Positions 53,401 to 62,274 of a stretch of 64,000 bases of DNA are shown piece after piece (position 1 is the stretch's first letter; the number at the start of each line of letters is the position of its first letter). The stretch spans positions 8,328,425 through 8,392,424 of the forward strand of contig CM082582.2 in NCBI GenBank assembly GCA_040954595.2, given 5' to 3'. A model generated the notes under the pieces. The model was not told where the DNA came from. It saw only the letters and a list, made by a program, of their open reading frames with translations, and ran no database searches. The position numbers were made by a program, and so were the translations under genes. This DNA is from Balanoglossus misakiensis (lineage: Eukaryota > Animalia > Hemichordata).

Positions 53401-54351
53401 TCTAGTGAATGCTTATTTAATCGACAACACACTCTCACATAATAGGTACATGTATAAATTGTGGCGATCAGGGGAAAATGTTTACAACACATGTTCTCTG
53501 CAAAAGCCAGTCGACAAACTCAAGTCTGAATACACTTTGTTTGATTTTAAATACCTCCATATACAATGCACAGCTGTTAGAGTGTGGCTTTTCCTCTTTT
53601 TATACATAAGTCTTTGAAGTGTATTTTAATACCCCCCCCCCCCCTCCAATGCTGAGTACTTCAGCCAAATCCCATTTTCCCCCCGACGGCTAAAGATGGA
53701 ACATTATACAAGGATATGGGTCAATAAAGAGGTATCATGTTTTGGTTTGTCTTTTGTGTGTGTGTTTTTGCAGATCTCTCTGCGGCATAATTCTAGCGAA
53801 ATCGCCAAAACTCTGACAAAGTACCAGGGGCCATGCGAAGACCAACAAATTACCATAAATGTCTGCCATTTGATTCGCTGCCCATTTTCACAGCTGTGGC
53901 AGAAACATCAATACTGGGCAATACCGTTGTCATTGAACTGTTGTTTGAATAAAAAGCCAGTCACAGTCTGTCCAAACAAAGCATTTAAAAAGAGGCACAG
54001 TGATAGGATTTTGGCAGACAACAGAAAAATACTGCAGATTGGTGTGACCAATCTGAACACCAGCTTTCTGTCTGACAGGTTGATGTTGAAGTGGACAAGT
54101 TGAAAGGGACATATTTGTTAACAGACAAACAGCCAGGCACCGAACATCACATTCTGTATTAAAATCTGCGAATGTCTCTCTATAGCCAACCGCCAGACAA
54201 TGGCGCCCTCTACGGCAATATCATCAACTGTCAGGTACTTTTGTTGCATTTCGTAAGACAGAACTACTGAGGAACGATGTCTAAATAAAGAACTTACCAG
54301 ATTCCCATCAAATCAATGTCAGTTTCCGACAGTCAGTTTAATACCTTTCTG
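50415..54351 (-). pseudogene. RMDN1: Decayed tandem partial duplicate of RMDN1 (remnants of exons 5, 7 and 8 plus parts of introns 6 and 7)
   Basis: 54298-54348 resembles exon 5 (KGIKL..LMGIW, 5 nt shorter, with stops). 51001-51031 is 30/31 identical to exon 7 but its acceptor is changed CAG>CGG. 50415-50439 matches the 5' part of exon 8 with a +1 insertion. Flanking intron similarity: 51035-51180 to 55517-55640, 51445-51495 to 55826-55865, and 50470-50517 to 55175-55222. Confidence 0.85.
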
Positions 54352-54361
54352 GAAGTAACAA

Positions 54362-54630
54362 CAAAATTACAGATGAAGACATCAAGATCTTCAGACTTTA
54401 TATATGTACATGTATATCTAAAAATCATCAGCAGCCGGCAATATTTGTACAAAAAACAAAAGAAACGATAGAGGTAAGCAGGCATCCTCCCAGAGGGCGT
54501 TTGCCCCCAGTTTCATAGAAGAGACAGACAGAGGCAAGCAGGCAGACAGAAAGACAGAGAGACACAGCCGACATCAAAAAGTAGACACTCCACTGAATGT
54601 ACCCCTATGGTTACCGCAGTTCAAAAGTCA
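54362..54630. repeat. Interspersed repeat with (CAGA)-like internal microsatellite, between the RMDN1 stop codon and the exon-5 remnant
   Basis: Its start attacagatgaaga..tcaagatct.cagac recurs at ~47506-47536; internal gacagacaga runs. Confidence 0.4.
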
Positions 54631-54775
54631 AATATTCACATAACACTTGTTCTGATAAAGATCTGTGAATGACACAGAACAGAAAAAGACACTGGAAGAC
54701 AAACATGTCAACAATCTTCTGATCTGTGCGTCTTGCATTGACAAACTTTTTTTTCTGATATGCCAAGCGCTGTTT

Positions 54776-54820
54776 CTATTTCCCAACCTTCTTCATGAGT
54801 TCTTCTGCTTCTGCCCTGGC
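54776..54820 (-). CDS. RMDN1: RMDN1 exon 9 (ARAEAEELMKKVGK*)
   Basis: Acceptor ttattgcag; 14 codons then TAG at 54778-54776. Confidence 0.88.
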   Translation of the reverse strand, partial: ARAEAEELMKKVGK

Positions 54821-57800
54821 CTGCAATAAAGATGGATAATTCCATGATTCAATTATTCGACATGGTTATGTCATTCATTCAAAATTCATTCAATGAACAC
54901 AAATCACTTTAATCATTTGACAAATCCAATTTCCTGCAGTGAGGCATTGTGGGATATATCATACGGCTATGTTGATTGACATATCAATAGCTATATATGT
55001 AAATTACCTTGTTGTCTTCTTCTGTCTTGGCGGGATAATCAACTGCCTTTGTCAGGTACAGTAAGGCCATCTTAGCGTTGTTCAGCTTCATGTACGTTTT
55101 CCCCAACATCAGCAAATTCATGCTGTAAAAGTTTGGATCAACTATACAAAAGGAGAGACACATAAAATCATCGGTCAGAGGTCAATTCACAGGATGTTGC
55201 AATGCATCATGGGTATCAGACCACTTTAGCTCGCAACCAACTGACACCATATCTCGTCTGATCTGTGTATTAAACCAAGCTGAAGGTCATGACCCATCAA
55301 TTTCACCGGAAAAAAAATCAGCAGTCACCCGGAAAAATATTCTCGACTACAAGTGACACCACTGCAGGTCATACCACAAAAACACCATACTTGAATAGAA
55401 TGTAGCAGAAATAATGACTATTTTAGTCAGTCAGATGCCATGGCCTAACGTTAGAAAAAAAACACCTTATAATTGTACTCACCGTTTTCAGCTTTCATGA
55501 AATAAGTCAAAGCCTGTGGGAGAACACAAGCTGCAGTGAGTGTACAGGTATTATACATTTACGACTCACAACAGATGTCACACTAATGCCATGATTTGAC
55601 CTCGCTTTTACGAGTATTCAACATAATTGCTGGGTTTTTATTATCTGTTAGTTATTGTTCATTTTTTTATTTAGGGGCTGTGCTGCAAATATCTAATGGC
55701 TGGATATAATTTTCACAAAAGAGTTGTTTTGGGAATTTTCTCTACAGGACACCTTGATGGAGAAAGAAATGTAAAATTGCCGCAGACATTGATAAAATTA
55801 TGCTGTGCATTATTTTTTTAATCTCTTTATCCAACCAGCTGGTTCAATATGTTAGTGAGGTTATGGAAAGCAAAATAATACTGAAGGATGCTGATGCTAT
55901 AACATTTACCTCGTTATAATTTGATTCTGGTGGCTTGGCGAAAAGCACAGAGGCAATTTTCTGCTGATACCAAGGCATTTCAGCAAACGTAAAACACCTG
56001 AAAATTGTGGTAAATCAAAGAGGGTAAAATTATAACATTCCAGAACATTAAGAACAATAATCTGTTCTCATGGAAACTGTACTGGTATTTGACCAGGCAA
56101 ATGCATAAAACAACATTTCCACCATTTTAAGGATGTGGCCAGAGCACAGTTATACACAAAATCTCTGTACAACTACAACACATGTACACTTATATTGGTA
56201 TATCAGGTAAGATAGGATTTTATCGATCTTCAAGAACTTACCAGAGCCCCATCAAGTGCATAGATGTTGCATCAGACGGATTCAGTTCGATAGCTTTCTG
56301 GAAATAACAAAAATGGAACAAAACACAATTCACTAATCATGTCAAAGGTCAAAGTGGACATCTTTAGCGACCGACAATTTCCAACCACCAAAACCACATC
56401 TCTTCCCAAACAAGGAGCAAACGCTCGCAAGCTAGGAAGTGGAGATCTACTCACCAAGAAGTGATCCCTGATGATAAATGCATTGGATATTTTCTGCTTG
56501 GTCCCTTCATAGTCGCCGACATCACTGATGCATATGGCGAACCACTGCAACGTGGATCAAAACATGGGTTTAGACCTGCCACCTGAAGATCTTGCATAGC
56601 TCTCTCTCTCAAGCACTGAGTTAGACATGCATGCACAAAATAGTTCTGAGAGAATCATCCTATATGTATGTACATGTATTTACCTTGTGACATGCAAAAT
56701 TATTCTGATTGATGCTGAGTGCTCTCTTGGCGTATTCTAACGCATCGTAGGTCAGCGTTTTCTTGACATTAGCTTTAGTGGTGGACAGCTGCGAGAGATC
56801 CCTGGCAGCCCTGGCTAGCCTCCACAAGATCTCATCGTTCTTGACGTCTTGATGTTGCACCAGCAACTCGTACAGTTCCTTTGTCTTGACGGTGCTGTAC
56901 AGTTGGTCGGCCTGCTCAATTAGAATGGCTTCCGGGTCTTGAACAGGTTCCGGAGTCTTCTCTGGCTCTGAAAGGTTAGAAAAAAGGGCAAAAATATCCA
57001 ATACATGTAATATCAGAACTCTGTGGCAGTACTTCCACGGGTGAAGCGAGCAGGGTACAAGCAAGACCTCAGCGAGTACACTTAAATATTAGGAGGACAA
57101 CAATACAATAGACCAGCAGAATTCAATACATGTACCATTGAGTGATACCTTAACCTTCAGTGACCACACCCCCTTTACAGACATAGATACAATAGCTCTG
57201 CAAGGACTGACATTGTATTAAACAATAAGCACGCTCACTATTCAGTTTAGTAGCCTGAGTGTTTGGAATACATCACAAACTTCAAACACATTTCAAAGGA
57301 AACAGATTTATATTATTCCTTCCATTTTCCCCCTCAAAACCAGATTTTTAAGAAACTATATCTTTCCCTGGAACACTTCTAAACACTCTCAACTTGCTAT
57401 CTGTGAAATATTTTGAGCTGAAATCATTTGTTCTCTCAAACATTTACTTCTTACCTCCACCACTACCTGCACATTCAACCTGTTCATCGACAGAAGCCAT
57501 CTTGTTTCATGGTATCCACGTACTCAAAAGAACTCCATGATATTAGGGAGTTTCCAGTTTCAAAGGCCAGGGAGGGGCAAATATTAAAGGGGTTTATTAA
57601 TATTATTTGAAAATGGGGATAAATAATATCATATCATAAACTCAGTTGCTCATGCTACATTTTATACCTTAATTAAAAAAATCCAAGATTTTATACGATT
57701 GTTTTTTGTGTCATCTTTGTGCTGAGAAGGGGCAGTGGTTTTCCCTAAAAATGTCGTTGACCCCAACTTTGAACGCAATCTCACCTTTTTCTGTTGTAGT

Positions 57801-58390
57801 ACTACCTCCCCATAAACTAAGACCAAACGAATAATACGCTATCGGTGTTGCTGGAAACAGAAATCGTACCAGTCTTGTTTTCCCCAACCTCTGTCTGAAC
57901 CTCGTACCCTGAAATTGAAATCACAGCTGATGAAATGCATTGGCAGTGTGTACGCCCTCCAGTGTCGAAAGAGAAAAGATCTCTTGAAAAATATATTTCA
58001 ACCCTTGATCCGGGATGCGTGCGAAGTTTTTATGACAAGGTCCGGTAAATCAAAGATTTCTGGCGAACGACGTCTCCACAGATTTCCACATAGATGAACA
58101 ATGTTGAAGGACACCACGTTCATTGAATCAATGATGATGTTCATGCAGAATACATTGTGACATCATCATGATTCATGGACATCGCGATCGATACACGCGT
58201 ACAGAGATGGATACATGTACCGCATTATCAGCAAATATTTTGAAATAAATAAAATCCCACGGAATAATAAATTACTTACCATTTGTGTGAATCTTTGCCA
58301 CTGCCATGATTGGTTCGTTGAAAAGGTTCTCCTGAAACAAACTCTGCAATTGTGAATGATCGGCCCAGCCCTGGCCACGGTCGCAGCCAT
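54776..58390 (-). CDS. RMDN1: Regulator of microtubule dynamics protein 1 (FAM82B, TPR-like); complete 9-exon gene, 320 aa
   Basis: Exons joined by hand with GT-AG sites and consistent phases: 58390-58280, 57908-57785, 56967-56684, 56544-56455, 56297-56242, 55997-55910, 55513-55483, 55141-55008, 54820-54776. The product has RMDN hallmarks EILWRLARA, NFACHKWFAI, KISNAFIIRDHF, AIELNPSDATSMHLMGLWCF, MPWYQQKIA, DPNFYSMNLLMLGKTY. Confidence 0.93.
55008..55141 (-). CDS. RMDN1: RMDN1 exon 8 (VDPNFYSMNLLMLGKTY...TEEDNK)
   Basis: Acceptor cttttgtatag, 134 nt, donor AAG|GTAATT. Confidence 0.92.
55483..55513 (-). CDS. RMDN1: RMDN1 exon 7 (ALTYFMKAEN)
   Basis: Acceptor tcccacag, 31 nt, donor G|GTGAGT, phase 1. 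Confidence 0.9.
55910..55997 (-). CDS. RMDN1: RMDN1 exon 6 (CFTFAEMPWYQQKIASVLFAKPPESNYNE)
   Basis: Acceptor ttttcag, 88 nt, donor GAG|GTAAAT. Confidence 0.92.
56242..56297 (-). CDS. RMDN1: RMDN1 exon 5 (KAIELNPSDATSMHLMGLW)
   Basis: Acceptor tttccag, 56 nt, donor TG|GTAAGT, phase 2. Confidence 0.92.
56455..56544 (-). CDS. RMDN1: RMDN1 exon 4 (WFAICISDVGDYEGTKQKISNAFIIRDHFL)
   Basis: Acceptor tgcag, 90 nt, donor TTG|GTGAGT. Confidence 0.93.
56684..56967 (-). CDS. RMDN1: RMDN1 exon 3 (EPEKTPEP...EILWRLARA...NFACHK)
   Basis: Acceptor ctttcag, 284 nt, donor AAG|GTAAAT; conserved RMDN motifs. Confidence 0.93.
57785..57908 (-). CDS. RMDN1: RMDN1 exon 2 (GTRFRQRLGK...GGSTTTEK)
   Basis: Acceptor tttcag, 124 nt open, donor G|GTGAGA, phase 1, which matches the phase needed by exon 3. 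Confidence 0.78.
58280..58390 (-). CDS. RMDN1: RMDN1 exon 1 (MAATVARAG...QRFTQM)
   Basis: ATG in AAAATGGCT context; 111 nt; donor ATG|GTAAGT, phase 0; Arg-rich and acid-free, like a presequence. Confidence 0.8.
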
Positions 58391-58460
58391 TTTCAATCAC
58401 GAAGGTCAACTTTGAGGTCAGAGATTAGTGATCGTAGAGGGCGCGCGAAGTGGGCGTCCC
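58381..58460 (-). promoter_or_regulatory. RMDN1 proximal promoter motifs: YY1-like site over the ATG and two AGGTCA half-sites
   Basis: GCAGCCATTTT at 58383-58393; AGGTCA at 58403-58408 and 58415-58420; GC-rich gggcgcgcg/gggcgt just upstream. Confidence 0.4.
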
Positions 58461-60899
58461 TGGACAAACATCGCCATAGTTTCTACTGATGCAACATAGT
58501 TTGAAGTTCGTAGTTGTGATGGACATAACACTGTGATAATTGTGCAATTTGCTTGTTTGAAAAAGTGTGGCATTATTGCTGAGTTAGCAGACTGGTACAA
58601 AACTTGTTTTCGTAAATCAAAGACGCCATGCCGGCATATTGTTGTTTTGCCTCTAAACGCGTCCTTGTTTCGTGAATTTTTTTGTTTCAACAGATTGTCT
58701 GGTCAGCCTTCCCTCCTTATAAGCACGATAAATAGATAAGATGGATTCAAGTTGACAAGTAACTGTTACAAGGCCTCCGCTCTTATCACACTCTGATTAC
58801 TAACAGAGTTTATGTAAACGTTGAAATCGTTCTTGCTATAGGCCTATATGCCGATTCAGCATTTTACTCATATTTAGGACACTTTGGCTGAAAAAGCAGG
58901 ACAGGAACACAATGTTTTTCATTTATCTGAGTACAACATAAACGAAATCAGGAAAATTATGGCAATATTGTCAACAACACTCATGACAACACAACATGGC
59001 AACAAAGCACAACAACTTAACGGAACACAACTGCAATATAAAATCATACACGCCGAATAAACAAAAAAAATTACCCCCTACTTTTACCAATTAATAGGAA
59101 CTCGTAATAAAATTTGAAGAAACAGTGCTCATATATTATCTTGTAAAAAGAGAAGAAGAGTTTTGTTATGGGCGGCCTTTCAAAGCTCAATGTACATGCG
59201 ATAAATTAAAATTGAGGACGACACACAAAATACCAGCACAACAGGAGATATGCTCGGGCGTGTCCTGTTATTTGACTGGTACTCACTTGTTGAAGGTAAT
59301 CTCATTTACGCCTATACTAGACACGATCGGCTATACAAAGACGACAAATAGAACTTGAAGTGGATTGCATTCTTCTGTTCCTTCATGTTTTTCTTTTTTC
59401 GTTCACTGCATGGACACCCCGTCCCATTGGCTTTCAGGTAAACAAGATAACCTCGTGATTCGAAAGTTGATGACCTCGTTTTCACGGTCTCGGGAACCGG
59501 TCATGGAGAAAATAAACCAATCGTTAATTATTATTATCTGTGTATAAGAACGCTTGGACTTGGTAAATGACTGCACTGCAAACCTTAGATTCTCTCACTG
59601 CCCCTCTCGCCGCCTATACGCAGACTTATGCAAAACCTTGCTGGCATACGGGTTCGGTAGAAGGGAAAATTGTTTGGTGGCCGACGATGGATTTTTTGCG
59701 ACGTTTCCGCGTAAAGTATTCTCTCTGTGTCCCCGTCATCTATGAATATGTGCAAATTTAAAAATAAAAGGTAATTTCATGTTCAGAATAATATATATGT
59801 ATTGTGTGCAAGAACAGAATTCTCAAATATTCGTTCAGAATACGCAACAGTTTTTTTAAACTATATCCAAGCAAAGAATCCCGCAGAGCGAAGTGTCTGT
59901 TGGATTTTCTACCGATGGGTTTCTACTGCCGAGGAAGTACAATCATTTCCGAGTCCGAATCGGATATCCCGATGACTAACCTGTCCTTGTACAAGGAAAG
60001 TTTTTCCCCTCATGCATTTCTGCTTCCGCCGACCCTGGGTATAAATAATCCCCGGAATTAACCTTTGATGGTTCACGGTTACCTCGTTGCATTTTTGTTT
60101 TGTTTTCATGAAACGTCATCGAAGTCAAGGTTACGTGTAAGTCCGAATGATACCCTTGTGGGCAGGGTCACCACCACCTATATTCAGCAATTTGCCTCGC
60201 GTCAAATTTAACTTATTTTTTCTATTCACCAGTTCATGGTAGATCCGATTGTTCGAATTTCTCTACTACATGTTCTACTTTCCTATAACATATTTCCCCG
60301 TAGTCAATAGGCATAACTTGAGCAACGTTTCAACCATCCTTGCTTGAAGATATATGCCCAGACTCAAAAGTGACCTGAATTCTATTTGCCACACAGTAGG
60401 CAGCCTTTTAGTATTATGGACAAAAAATACACTTTTTGAGCATTTAATTCTAAAGTTCGGGGGACACTCTATTTTCGATGTCTGTTTTGCTCTTTTTTCA
60501 TGGGGTTATTAGTGGCTTTTTAATGTGCACAAAAACATTTAGGCAGTCCCCAAATTCATGTGTACGTATCAGAAAAAACAGTGTTCAGGAAATTTTGCAT
60601 CAACCCCCTTAAAAAGGGGCGACACCCCCCCCCGACAAACTTGGTTATCCCTATGTACGTTTTAATTGAAATTATATCGAGTACTCCTTGGATACCATTT
60701 GTGGGGGGTCGGGAGGGTATATATATAGAGAGAGAGACATCCATACGTTCCTATAACATGTGCGCAATACAAACGGTTTATTCACACACGTTGAAATATG
60801 AGATACACGCCATATTGAGCTCTGAAAGCAAATCGGGTATTGCTGATTTCATCAAACTATCAAATTGTAGGCCTATTTTAACATGTTTAAACAGCGTTG

Positions 60900-60960
60900 C
60901 TATCGCTGCGCACGCTCAGTGACGCGTGGATACGTCGCGGCCGGTGTTTCACCTCGGCAA
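60900..60960 (+). promoter_or_regulatory. CpG-dense patch upstream of PPP1R3; candidate promoter
   Basis: cgctgcgcacgctcagtgacgcgtggatacgtcgcggccgg contains a CRE half-site TGACG at 60920 and an NRF1-like TGCGCAC, ~430 bp before the ATG. Confidence 0.35.
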
Positions 60961-61353
60961 TATGTGTTGTAAGGTCACTTGTGTAATCCCTACGGAGCAG
61001 TCGAATTCATAAGACTTATTCCCTCCGAAATCTTATACGTCGCACAGATCTTTCAAGAAGGGTGCAAGTTTTCAAAGCATTGTCAACGATACCCTTTTTT
61101 CTGATTTGAAATGAGTAACTTTTAAGAAACATAAATGAATGTATAAATGAAAGACACATATATTGAAGGTTGGCGAACATGACTTAAAGGGGGTATGCAC
61201 ATTAAAGGTAAAAGCCATGTCCCATTTAAAATTCACTGAGAGCTCTATTGATATTATTAGCTTCACAGACGCGCTCGACGTACCCAACGGAGGGGAGGAG
61301 GGTCGGGTACGTGGTAGATCTGGCGTGGGATACTCTACTTGGGATCTTTTGCA

Positions 61354-62274
61354 ATGGATGATATAATGCAGGTTCGGAGGCAGGCTGGGATAGACCTCGG
61401 CATGGAGAGAGAGTCTGTCCTGTCCTACTTCAGCGTCGATTTCAGACAAAAGAAACGACCAGGGGATGGTGACGAGTCGTGGCCGTGGGTAAACTCGTTG
61501 CTGTGCAGTCTGGAGACACTCACGGCTGAGTCACCCGAATATGCACCTGACGATATCTTCCTGCAGGCCGAAGAAGCTGTCACGATTGACTTTTACTCTG
61601 CCTTCCACAAATCACCAAGTGAGTTCAAGTGGCAGCGACCGATTCGGGCCAGAAAGCCTTCGGGCGGATGCTTAAAAAGTCGATCGCGCGCCACCACGCC
61701 CACTTCGCCCAAGAAGCAGGTGAAATTTGCAGATGATGTGGGTCTGAGTTTAGAGATGCCGTTGAAGTACGTGGCCAGCGATGACCATCGTGCCTTTCAG
61801 ACATTTTCGTTGCCAGAAGAGAAAAACTGCTGTGTGCCGCCGCCATTGAAGTATGCCTTGTATCCTTGTTTTGATCAGCCTGGCTCAGCGGTGGATTTTC
61901 TGGACAAGACCCTCGCGCACAAAGTATGTCTGGAGAACGCTATGGTATGCGACGAACTGGCCATACACGGCACCATACGCGTGGCGGACATCGGGGACAA
62001 CAAAAACGTGAAAGTGCGTTTCACAACAAACAACTGGCAACGATACTACGACCTGCCCGCTCGGAGACCCAAACAACAGTGTGACGGACCCACCGCCCGT
62101 TTTACTTTCCGACTTGTTGCGCCTGGAAAGTTGTCCGTCGGCGACAGGGTGGAGTTCGCTGTGGTTTTCGAAGTAGAAGGCCAGGTTTACTGGGACAATA
62201 ACAACCAAGAAAACTATGTGTTTGAATGTCAAGTACATGACGACTCGGGGCGTTTTCAGATTTGTACACCATAG
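61354..62274 (+). CDS. PPP1R3: Protein phosphatase 1 regulatory subunit 3 family (glycogen-targeting, PPP1R3B/C/D-like), 306 aa, single coding exon
   Basis: RVxF PP1-docking motif KKQVKFADD preceded by SILK-like GCLK; FDQP..F; CBM21 core VCLEN..IHGTIRV..VKVRFTTNNW..EFAV.F...YWDNNNQENY. First ATG at 61354 (the track's 61339 start is TTG). The paralog letter cannot be assigned. Confidence 0.9.
   Translation: MDDIMQVRRQAGIDLGMERESVLSYFSVDFRQKKRPGDGDESWPWVNSLLCSLETLTAESPEYAPDDIFLQAEEAVTIDFYSAFHKSPSEFKWQRPIRARKPSGGCLKSRSRATTPTSPKKQVKFADDVGLSLEMPLKYVASDDHRAFQTFSLPEEKNCCVPPPLKYALYPCFDQPGSAVDFLDKTLAHKVCLENAMVCDELAIHGTIRVADIGDNKNVKVRFTTNNWQRYYDLPARRPKQQCDGPTARFTFRLVAPGKLSVGDRVEFAVVFEVEGQVYWDNNNQENYVFECQVHDDSGRFQICTP

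Noticed and set aside
56968-57064. N-terminal part of the 134-aa track ORF
   Set aside because: Intronic read-through upstream of the exon-3 acceptor at 56970-56968.
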